Source: an uncultured Verrucomicrobiae bacterium (GTDB lineage: Bacteria; Verrucomicrobiota; Verrucomicrobiia; Chthoniobacterales; JAFAMB01). Taken from it: a stretch of DNA of 64,000 nucleotides. The stretch covers positions 32,001 to 96,000 of the forward strand of contig CAVXLD010000005.1 of the NCBI GenBank assembly GCA_963762565.1. Reading direction: 5' to 3'. Position 1 is the stretch's first letter. Each line of letters starts with the position of its first letter. A model generated the notes under the pieces. The model ran no database searches and was not told where the DNA came from. It worked only from the letters and a program-made list of their open reading frames with translations. Made by a program: the position numbers and the translations under genes. Shown here one piece after another: positions 1 to 8,211 of this stretch.

Positions 1-1041
1 ACGCAGACAACGCCTACCTGTCTGTGGAATGATTCGGCATCCATTGAAGAACTAGCTTATTCCATTGAGCATGGCGCGGTCGGAGCCACTTGTAACCCGG
101 TGATCGTGGTTGGGGTGCTCAAGAAAGAAATGCCTCTATGGAAGGACCGGATCCGGGCCTTGATCAACGAAATGCCAACTGCTACTGAGGACCAGATCGG
201 TTGGCAGATCGTTCGGGAGATCTCCGTCAAAGCCGCCGCGCTTTTGGAGCCGACGTTCGAACAGCAGAAAGGCAAGAACGGACGGTTGTCTGTTCAAACA
301 GACCCCCGGCTTTATCGGGACACTGAGGCAATCGTTAAACAGACTATCGAGTTCTCCCAGCTGGCGCCTAATATCATTGTAAAGATTCCGGTTACCCGCG
401 CCGGCATACCGGCAATCGAAGAAGCCACCTACCAAGGCGTGAGCATCAACGCCACGGTCAGTTTCACTCTGCCACAAGCGATCGCCGTTGCCGAAGCCGT
501 TGAACGCGGCCTTAAACGCCGGGAACGCGAAGGGAAAGATATCTCCACCATGGGCCCGGTCTGCACCATCATGGTAGGCCGGCTGGACGATTGGTTAAAA
601 GCCGTAGCTGAGAAAGAAAGCATCACCACCGATCCCGGGTACTTCGAATGGGCCGGTGTCGCTGTGTTCAAAAAAGCGTATCAGATCTATCGCGAACGCG
701 GCTATCGTCTCCGTCTGCTTTCAGCCGCCTTTCGCAATCATATGCATTGGAGCGAATTCATCGGGGGCGATGTCGTCATCTCGCCGCCTTACGCCTGGCA
801 AGTCCGGTACAACGCCAGCGATATCGCCGTCGTTCCGCGGATCGATAATCCCGTCGATCCGAAGATCGTGGCTGACCTCTCCAAGAAGTTCGTCGATTTT
901 CGCCGAGCCTATACCGAAGACGGGCTTACAGCGGAAACCTTCGATTCGTTTGGCCCGACTCGACGCACCCTCCGCCAATTCATCGCCGGTTGTGGTGATC
1001 TCGGAGCCATTGTCCGCGATTTCATGCTGCCGGAGTGGTGA
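1..1041 (+). CDS. tal: Transaldolase family protein (5' end truncated by window edge)
   Basis: Frame open from base 1 (TQTTPTCLWNDS...GATCNP); motifs LSVQTDP, NIIVKIP (Schiff-base Lys), INATVSF. Confidence 0.9.
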   Translation, partial: TQTTPTCLWNDSASIEELAYSIEHGAVGATCNPVIVVGVLKKEMPLWKDRIRALINEMPTATEDQIGWQIVREISVKAAALLEPTFEQQKGKNGRLSVQTDPRLYRDTEAIVKQTIEFSQLAPNIIVKIPVTRAGIPAIEEATYQGVSINATVSFTLPQAIAVAEAVERGLKRREREGKDISTMGPVCTIMVGRLDDWLKAVAEKESITTDPGYFEWAGVAVFKKAYQIYRERGYRLRLLSAAFRNHMHWSEFIGGDVVISPPYAWQVRYNASDIAVVPRIDNPVDPKIVADLSKKFVDFRRAYTEDGLTAETFDSFGPTRRTLRQFIAGCGDLGAIVRDFMLPEW

Positions 1042-1175
1042 GCGGGGGAAGTGAGAAGTGATTGGTGGGTTCGTGGAGGGCGCCTCGCTTGCGAGGCCCA
1101 CCTTGGCGAGTGTTGAAACCCAACGTGAGCTACGTGGGCGATCCGGCGGCCGCCCATAGGCGTCAAGATAAGGAG

Positions 1176-1367
1176 TTAGTGCTTGAGTTTGAGGGGCTTA
1201 GTCGGTTTCTTTCGACGCAGGATGAGGGTGTTTTTGTCTTCGACGAACCACTCTAATTCTTCTCCTTTGTCCAGTTCAATAGCGTCGGCCAGAGCGGCAG
1301 GCAAATTGACATAGAAGCTGCGATTGGTGGGACGATCGACTTTTTGGAGTTTGACCGGATAGCCCAT
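1176..1367 (-). CDS. AbrB/MazE/SpoVT-family DNA-binding protein
   Basis: 63 aa, pattern KLQKV...SFYVNLPAALADAIELDKGEELEWFVEDKNTLILR typical of the swapped-hairpin fold; lies inside the IS ends. Confidence 0.8.
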   Translation of the reverse strand: MGYPVKLQKVDRPTNRSFYVNLPAALADAIELDKGEELEWFVEDKNTLILRRKKPTKPLKLKH

Positions 1368-1454
1368 GGTTAGGAAAGAAGTCTAACGCTCTAAAGAGCA
1401 AGAAAGAGAGAGAAAAAAGCTGTGCAGGTATATAGTGTTTATACTATATATCAT

Positions 1455-2714
1455 ATGCTGCAACGCTTTTCCTATTTGCCTCTGCAAACCTTGGCTAGAA
1501 GCTCTGGTTTTGTCTTACGACGCCCTAAAAAACTCTCTCTGGAAGCATTCCTTCAATCCATCCTCTTGAGTCTGTGCTACCCAGCCTATTCTTTCCAAAG
1601 CTGGGCGGCCCAATTAAGTGCCTTGCAGGCGGGACTGTTCTCTAAACAAGCTCTGCATCAGCGCTGCGACAGAAGGCTGCTAGATTTTCTGCAACTTTGT
1701 TTGGCCAGCTTGTTAGCCAATTTTATGCACCGCTCTTGCCCCAGTCGGCTGTTGGAACCTTTCGGCCGAGTTTTGCTCCAGGACAGCACCGCTTTAGCCC
1801 TCCATCCCAGACTGGCGAGTTGTTTTCCGGCTTGTGGTAATCAACACCAAGCAAAGCTTGCCAGCGTCAAAATCCAAGCCGTCTTTGAACTGCGTTCTCA
1901 ACGCTGGCTTCATTTCCAACTCGGTGCCCTGACCGACAACGATCAGAAGGCCTCGAGCTTGATTTTAAGTTTGCTCCAACCCGGAGACTTGGTCATTCGC
2001 GACCTGGGCTACGCCGTCTTTAAAGTTTGGCGCCAGATCATCCAGGCCGGGGCCTATTTCTTGAGTCGGTGCCGCAGCGATTTTGTTTTCTTTGATCCCA
2101 AAACTCAAAAGCCGGTCGAGCTTTTGGCTTTAGTGCAAAACCATGGTCAACTCAGTGCCCAGCTGCTGCTCGGCGCCCAAGAGCGACTCCCGGTGCGTTT
2201 GGTGGCTTTGCGCTTGCCCCCAGCCTTAGCCGCTCAGCGTCGGCGGCGCGCTCGGGCCAACGCCAAAAAAGATCGCTCGCTAAAGCTCACCAAACGCTAT
2301 CTCAAACTTTTAGGTTGGACCCTCCTATTGACCAACGTCACCGCTGAACAACTCAGTGCCCAGCAACTCTGGGAAGTCTATAGCACTCGGTGGCAAATCG
2401 AAGTGCTTTTCAAAAGTTGGAAATCTCATTTTCAGCTCGGTCAGCTTCCCGCTCGCAATCCACTCTGGGTCCAGATTCAACTCTTAGCAAAACTACTAGC
2501 CATTGCCTTGCTGCAGACCGCTTTTGCCCTTCAGCCTTGGGGCGTTGAACTAAACGCTCTCAGTCCACTCAAAATCGCTGCCTATTTGAGTCGTTTGCTT
2601 CCCTTAATTGCCGCTTCCCCTCACCAAGACTGGCTCCAACATTTCTTTTACTTTTGCCGTTATGACTCCCGTTCCGATCGAACCAACCTCTTTCAAAGAC
2701 TCGCAGCTTTATGA
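1455..2714 (+). CDS. IS4-family DDE transposase
   Basis: LLQDST, IRDLGY and YSTRWQIEVLFKSWKS (YREK-type) motifs; ATG at 1455 (alternative GTG at 1422). Confidence 0.92.
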   Translation: MLQRFSYLPLQTLARSSGFVLRRPKKLSLEAFLQSILLSLCYPAYSFQSWAAQLSALQAGLFSKQALHQRCDRRLLDFLQLCLASLLANFMHRSCPSRLLEPFGRVLLQDSTALALHPRLASCFPACGNQHQAKLASVKIQAVFELRSQRWLHFQLGALTDNDQKASSLILSLLQPGDLVIRDLGYAVFKVWRQIIQAGAYFLSRCRSDFVFFDPKTQKPVELLALVQNHGQLSAQLLLGAQERLPVRLVALRLPPALAAQRRRRARANAKKDRSLKLTKRYLKLLGWTLLLTNVTAEQLSAQQLWEVYSTRWQIEVLFKSWKSHFQLGQLPARNPLWVQIQLLAKLLAIALLQTAFALQPWGVELNALSPLKIAAYLSRLLPLIAASPHQDWLQHFFYFCRYDSRSDRTNLFQRLAAL

Positions 2715-2827
2715 GTCGACTCCTTATCTTGACGCGCATGGGCGGCCGCCGGACGAGATTCCTCTTTTTTGCTTCCGTTTGCGGTTAGTCTCCGAAACTC
2801 TTGCTCCCGATCCCGGGAGAAGTGTTC

Positions 2828-3301
2828 ATGCATAGAAACAAACTTTACTTCATCGGTTTGTTCTTTTTAATTTTTCTGGGTGTCGGCGTTTATCTTATCA
2901 GCAAGGAAGTCATTTTCGCGTTTACTCAAGCGCCGGCCACCGCGCGCGTAGTCGATAAGACCGTTAGTCATTCAGGCAATCCGGGCAATCGCTCAGGTCG
3001 AGATGAACATTTTCTCGTGTGCGAGATTCGGCCGGATCCAGGGAACAAAACTTTTCGGGGCGATGTTCAAATTAATTACGTCAGCTGGAGTCTGACCAAG
3101 GTGGGCCAAGAGATCGAAGTTCGATATGAGCGAACTAACCCAACTATCATGCGGCTTCCTCGAAGCGTTGGAAATTGGCCCTTCGGTCTTTTTAGCTTAG
3201 CGGTCGGGGCCTTCGGCCTCTTCTTCGTTGGCAAAGCATGGTTACGTCCGCGACCCGCTGGCGTTGTTCGGGAAACGCCGGGAACGCCGACATCGCCGTG
3301 A
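2828..3301 (+). CDS. DUF3592-like membrane protein
   Basis: N- and C-terminal TM segments flanking ATARVV...VGQEIEVRYERTNP beta domain. Confidence 0.65.
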   Translation: MHRNKLYFIGLFFLIFLGVGVYLISKEVIFAFTQAPATARVVDKTVSHSGNPGNRSGRDEHFLVCEIRPDPGNKTFRGDVQINYVSWSLTKVGQEIEVRYERTNPTIMRLPRSVGNWPFGLFSLAVGAFGLFFVGKAWLRPRPAGVVRETPGTPTSP

Positions 3302-3461
3302 TCGCCAGACTTCGCCCAGTCGTCTGAAACTCCGACTTCGTCTGTCGCTTAGGCTCCTGGAGACTTCGTCGGGGGCCTGGAGGCTACCTCTGGCAGGGCC
3401 GGGAACGGAGAAAGGTAAGATTACGTTAGACAATATGACCTGTCCCTATTTTCATCTGCTT

Positions 3462-3670
3462 TTACGCCTGGCAAGTGCGTTACAATGCGAGCGATATACC
3501 CGTCGTTCCGCGGATCGATAATCCCGTCGATCCGAAGATCGTGGCTGAGCTCTCCAAGAAGTTTGTCGATTTTCGCCGGGCCTACACCGAAGACGGCCTG
3601 TCCTTAGAAACCTTCGATTCGTTTGGCCCGGCCCGGCGTACCCCGGCAATTCGTCGCCGGCTTCAGTGAT
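3462..3670 (+). pseudogene. Diverged remnant of transaldolase 3' end
   Basis: Aligns to about 789-1000 (YAWQVRYNASDI.VVPRIDNPVDPKIVA.LSKKFVDFRRAYTEDGL); frameshifted near its end. Confidence 0.9.
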
Positions 3671-3679
3671 TTGTGTTGG

Positions 3680-4387
3680 TTATCTTACGCTGCGCCTGCT
3701 AGGAGATTGGCGGACTGGTGAATTTTGCACTGGCTGGATGCGATAACAATTGATCGCAACAATCCGCTCCTGGCCTGGTAAAAGAGGGGTCACCTCATGA
3801 GGCACTATGCCACCTAACAGCACAGCGGTGTCGCCTCGTTCCAAAGTCACTGCCACTCCCGATAATTTTCTGTTGGCGTGAAGCTTTGATAACGGTTTTC
3901 CAATATATTCTGGATAAACATGCAGCCCGCCGGCGAGGCGACTCGTGTCGTTTGATGTGAGACATGTAATAAGGGCAACGTCACAACCTTCTTCGTCGCG
4001 GTGCAGGCCTAGGAAGTCACCCGCTTGGTCATAGTAGGTGTAGATGCCCGCGCCGGTTGGTTGGACCGAAGTATTGCATAAGCGGCCAAGCGCCCCCGTG
4101 ACTCGGGATGATGAGTGGATCCTCCAGTGAATGTCTCCGCCATCCGTTGATCTGAAGGCTCGCGCCGGAGCGCCTCCCCGTCCCTCACTACCGTCCGAAT
4201 TCATCACCAAAAAACGCTTGGCTTTCGCCCGCATCGCATTCGCCTCGGTCGCCAGAATTTTCAAAGTGTATTTCGACATCCATTCTGGCAACACTACAAA
4301 ACCGCCATCAGCAGCTAAGCGAGATCGCCTAACCTGCTCCAATGCCGGCAAATCCCAATCATCTATGCCAAATGCCAGGTCTCGCAT
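3680..4387 (-). CDS. 2OG-Fe(II) oxygenase-like protein
   Basis: YTYY...GDFLGLHRD (HxD), GGLHVY, distal His in VPHEVTP, Arg in ERIVAINCY. Confidence 0.75.
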   Translation of the reverse strand: MRDLAFGIDDWDLPALEQVRRSRLAADGGFVVLPEWMSKYTLKILATEANAMRAKAKRFLVMNSDGSEGRGGAPARAFRSTDGGDIHWRIHSSSRVTGALGRLCNTSVQPTGAGIYTYYDQAGDFLGLHRDEEGCDVALITCLTSNDTSRLAGGLHVYPEYIGKPLSKLHANRKLSGVAVTLERGDTAVLLGGIVPHEVTPLLPGQERIVAINCYRIQPVQNSPVRQSPSRRSVR

Positions 4388-4404
4388 CCTTTGAAAAGCA
4401 CCAG

Positions 4405-6243
4405 TTAAGGGGTAGTTTCCTCTTCGAACCCTGCTGCACAGCGGCTTCGGCTTGGATCTATTGCCAGACTGAGATAGGAGTCACCTTCCCGTAGCATCAG
4501 TTGAGAAGTTACCAATTGCTGAAGAAACGCATCTAGAGACACTGGTTTTCCAAATCGTCGGGCTGCGAAGAGATCGATGCTGGAGCGGCTTCGGATCTCG
4601 TCACAAAATTCGTAGATCTCTCGTTGCAGACCATTGAACGGATAGTGTAAAGGCTCACGATTGGGTCGACTGTCTAGAACCATTAGCTCAGGATCTGTGC
4701 CGTAGTTTTTTATAAGATCGCCTTGATTTCCCCTCCAGGTCTCGACCTTGTCGAGCACTGGCTGCATATACTGAATGGGCTCCCGACTGTCAGAGTACTC
4801 GTAATCAAAAAAATAGGCTAGGTTGGTCACGGTTTCGTCAGGTAGGAAATAAATGTGGTAATATAAAGAGTACGGCCGTACATCGACGAAGCCGAACTCC
4901 TCAGCTTGGTCATAATTCGGGCTAAAGCGGTCGAGGCGGATCTTGGCGACGACGCCGGGGGATGGAAGATGATAGATTGCCTCGATGACTCGCGCTGTTT
5001 CTTCGTAGTCTTGGACGGTTTCTCCCGGGAAACCGTATAACAAGTTCCAGGCGATTTCGACACCGTACTCGCGCGCGAGTTTAAGCAATTGCACATTCTG
5101 GATCGCGCTAACTCCCTTGCGCATAAGTTGCAAGACGTGGCTGTTCAAGCTCTCGATGCCGGGCTGGATGGCCGTCACCCCTGCGTCGCGCAACATCTCG
5201 ATCTGATCACGTCTAAGATTAGACTTTACTTCATAAAAAAGGGAAATCCCCGGATTGTGCTCCTTTAGCATCGGCAGCAGATCCCGGAAAAATTTATATG
5301 ACATGATATTGTCTACGGCCTGAAACTCACGTAACCCGTAACGGGCTCTCTGCCTTTCTAGTTCTCTATAGACGCGTGAAGCGCTTTTTGCTCGAAAGGT
5401 TAGCGTCGAGCCGTTCAAACCACAGAACGTACAATGCGACTTGGCAAACCACCAGCAGCCCCGGGCGGTCTCAATCAACAATGCCGGTTCTAATTGCGGT
5501 CCAAGCGAAGTGCGACGCACAGCGGTAAAATAGTCATCATAATCCGGGTCCGGTAAGCGATCCAGGTCATGAATCCGATCCGGGGGCGCTGTAAGCTTTG
5601 ACTCACCGTCCTCCCTACAAATCACGCCGGGTACTGCTTCGGCCGTATGACCGGTGCACAGCCGTGCAACTAGAGCTGGAAAGCTGTTGTCCGACTCCCC
5701 AGAACAGATGTAATCAATCCAAGGAAACTGGCGGTGGAGCTCTAACCCCATTATACCTTCGCAGTTCCCGCCCCCAAACACTATGATTTTGTCCTTGTAT
5801 CTCTTCTTAATGGACTGGGACAAGGCGAGGGAAGCTAGATTTTGCTCGAAGGTCGTCGAAAACCCAATAATCTGGTGGCCAGCGATATCGAATTCGTCAA
5901 AGCAAGCCTCGATAAATGGAGACACCTCTCCACGAAGGTTCATCACATCCTTGAACTCGCCGTCGTCTAGCTCCTGTCGCAAAAACTCGACATAGGGGGA
6001 GCGATCTTCTCCCGGAAATACGTACTCAGAAAACAACCAGTCACCAGTGAACAACCATCCGCTAAGCCGATCGTTAATCAGTTCGTACGCTGAGAGTCCA
6101 ACCCGCTCAGCAAAAAGCAAATTTCCGTATCCAATATCGCACCGGATCCCTTCTTCAGATAACCGGGCCTTAAGAATACTGATCCCGATTGCAGGCCTGG
6201 ACAGCGAAACGAACGGCATATTCAGAAGTAGAACCCTGAACAT
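4405..6243 (-). CDS. RiPP maturation B12-binding radical SAM C-methyltransferase (TIGR03975-like)
   Basis: N-terminal VLLLNMPF...PAIGISILKA, GFSTTFEQNLASLALS, FGGGNCEG; Cx7Cx2C motif ETARGCWWFAKSHCTFCGLNG; IQPGIES, WNLLYGFPGE, RLDRFSP; C-terminal RRE-like segment. Confidence 0.9.
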   Translation of the reverse strand: MFRVLLLNMPFVSLSRPAIGISILKARLSEEGIRCDIGYGNLLFAERVGLSAYELINDRLSGWLFTGDWLFSEYVFPGEDRSPYVEFLRQELDDGEFKDVMNLRGEVSPFIEACFDEFDIAGHQIIGFSTTFEQNLASLALSQSIKKRYKDKIIVFGGGNCEGIMGLELHRQFPWIDYICSGESDNSFPALVARLCTGHTAEAVPGVICREDGESKLTAPPDRIHDLDRLPDPDYDDYFTAVRRTSLGPQLEPALLIETARGCWWFAKSHCTFCGLNGSTLTFRAKSASRVYRELERQRARYGLREFQAVDNIMSYKFFRDLLPMLKEHNPGISLFYEVKSNLRRDQIEMLRDAGVTAIQPGIESLNSHVLQLMRKGVSAIQNVQLLKLAREYGVEIAWNLLYGFPGETVQDYEETARVIEAIYHLPSPGVVAKIRLDRFSPNYDQAEEFGFVDVRPYSLYYHIYFLPDETVTNLAYFFDYEYSDSREPIQYMQPVLDKVETWRGNQGDLIKNYGTDPELMVLDSRPNREPLHYPFNGLQREIYEFCDEIRSRSSIDLFAARRFGKPVSLDAFLQQLVTSQLMLREGDSYLSLAIDPSRSRCAAGFEEETTP

Positions 6244-6258
6244 GAGCACACTTACTCT

Positions 6259-6413
6259 TCACTTAGATGGCTTAGCCATCGAGATCGGTTCTAAGCTCGG
6301 CAATTCTCCGCATCGCTGGTTGGGTTTCGAGCTTTTGGCGTTTGTGGTTCTGGTGGCGAAGCGGTTCGCTCGGATCGTGTGATAGTTCTGATCAGACTAA
6401 CTGACTCGGACAC
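6259..6413 (-). CDS. Second putative precursor peptide (40 aa as written, about 51 aa if a 1-nt frameshift is repaired)
   Basis: Not in ORF track. GTG 6413 to TAG 6291 gives MSESVSLIRTITRSERTASPPEPQTPKARNPTSDAENCRA; similar to 6419-6601; the adjacent frame continues KPNQRCGELPSLEPISMAKPSK to TGA 6259. Confidence 0.55.
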
Positions 6414-6418
6414 ATAAT

Positions 6419-6601
6419 CTATCTCTCGGGCTTAGCCGGCCGGGCTTTTTTAGGCTCGGGCGGTGTTCTGATTGGTGGTTTAATTTGGCGGATCGGTGGT
6501 TTGCGCGCTGGTTTGGGCGCACTTGGCCGAGTGGACGGCTTGGCTGGGTTGGCTAGGTTGGCTGGCTTGACCGGTCTGATCGGATCAACTGACTCGAGCA
6601 T
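6419..6601 (-). CDS. Pro/Lys/Arg-rich putative RiPP precursor peptide (60 aa)
   Basis: AAGGAG RBS upstream of the ATG; first gene of the operon with the rSAM; 17 Pro and 15 Lys/Arg. Confidence 0.7.
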   Translation of the reverse strand: MLESVDPIRPVKPANLANPAKPSTRPSAPKPARKPPIRQIKPPIRTPPEPKKARPAKPER

Positions 6602-6793
6602 ATAGGATCTCCTTTATAAGCTCCGATGGTAATTGATTTCGCTGCGTGTCAGCAAGTCAGAAATAGGTTAGGATGCGAATGTTGAATGCTCGTAGCTGAA
6701 AATGGTCGACTAAATCGAATCCGCTCTGCAGGATAATCTCGTAGTCTCGTCCCGGGTTTTGCTACACAGTGTCGGAGTTAGGCTTTCTAGAAC

Positions 6794-8135
6794 ATGAGCC
6801 TGTTAAAAACCTTTTCGCCCCGGCTTTCTCCCGATTTTCAGGGGACTCCTGGCCAAGCGGAAGCTTGGCACAGTGCTGTGAATGCCTGGTTCCAGTCATC
6901 AATCGCACTTCAGAGGTCGTCCGTGAAATCGCGGAACTCAAGGTCTCGGGGAGTTGTGCAATTCTACAACCCTGCAAAATTTGACCCAGGTGGCCCAGCT
7001 GCGGAACAAGCAATTGTCTGGAACGCCTTCCCTAAAGAACTCGATAAGCAATACGGATTCGATCGTGCTTTGATTGAAGCGGATCGGCTACAGACTCTGA
7101 ATCGCTATTCCAAGGACCTGAATGCAGCAGTTCATTTCAGAACTTTGTATCGGCCACTTAATGAATATTGCGAATGGCATACCGTTCGCGATCCTAATAC
7201 TCAGAAGATAACAAAGGTTACGTTCTCCTCTGAACCTCCCGAATATTGGCGAGCACTATTCGGCGATGAAATAACGATCGACAGAAGGATGAGCATTAGG
7301 TTTCCAGGCGACCGCCAGCGGGTTCTAGCGCTCTACCGTGAATTGGTGAGTCCGGAGGTGCAAATGGACGATCTAATCTGCAAGGAGACGATACCGAATG
7401 CTGCTGGTCTTCCGCCGCTTGCCGTAAAAGGCGGTTACAATACCTATAATAAATGGAACACCTCGCATGGAACGTTCACTGTGATATCCCCGAAATTCCC
7501 TGGCACAGGAGATTGAGCTTGGAGCTGCCGCTACTGTCCTCCGAGCGACTGCTTCAGGCGGAGCTATCGTACAGCCTGAGCCGCTAACCTGCTGCAGCCT
7601 CGCTGGGAACCCAGATCGCAATAGCGATCCGACAATCAGTTCTTCCCTGAACGCTCTGGCGCGGGCTGGGGCTTCACTTTGCAGAATCCCGTCGGCCTAT
7701 ACCTGGACCACATCGATATTTTTGGATGGTGCGGACCGGAGTCGCGACGTTAGTGATTGTATAAGGATTGTTCGTGGCGCACCTGGGATGATTGAGCGCC
7801 TTATAATACAAGTACCGTCTGAACGTGGTTTCCTGGTGGGCAACATTACGATAGGTGGCGCCCCAATCGTTTATGGGGGACAGATTGCTGCCTGCATAAC
7901 CATGAAACTCATCGGTACAGCAGCTTGTCTCGGTACGATCTACAATGCCCCTGTCAGATGCGCTGGTCGCTGCTGCGTAGACCTAGCCAACCCGGTTCTC
8001 CTGAACCGGCGGGTCCCGTTCGGTTCTCCGACGCCCATCGGGATGGTCGACGCGTTTTTTGGCGAAATTTCTCGTCGAGTCGATCCGTCGAGAAAACACT
8101 ATAAGAATCGACAGTCGTTCCGACGCACCCGTTAG
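6794..8135 (+). pseudogene. Conserved-looking hypothetical protein upstream of DyP, split by frameshifts
   Basis: NEYCEW...KITKVTFSSEPPEYW...YNKWNT; continues in other frames as NSLAQEIELGAAATV...LTCCSLAGNPDRNSDP and LQNPVGLYLDHID, then the 7722-8135 ORF. Confidence 0.65.
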
Positions 8136-8211
8136 ACTCTCAACTATAACGAAACTTCATGAGACGGAAGAGAAACCACGAAAGTCACGCACCAATCAAC
8201 CGGTGCTCTCG

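Larger units (their letters stand above)
1155..2740 (+). mobile_element. IS4-family insertion sequence (1586 bp) with AbrB-like passenger gene
   Basis: 22-bp terminal inverted repeats cataggcgtcaagataaggagt (1155-1176) and actccttatcttgacgcgcatg (2719-2740), 2 mismatches; 10-bp duplication ggcggccgcc at 1145-1154 and 2741-2750. Confidence 0.92.

Noticed and set aside
3680..4387. Halogenase (BesD-like) assignment for the oxygenase
   Set aside because: The metal motif is HRD with the carboxylate retained; halogenases replace it with Gly or Ala.
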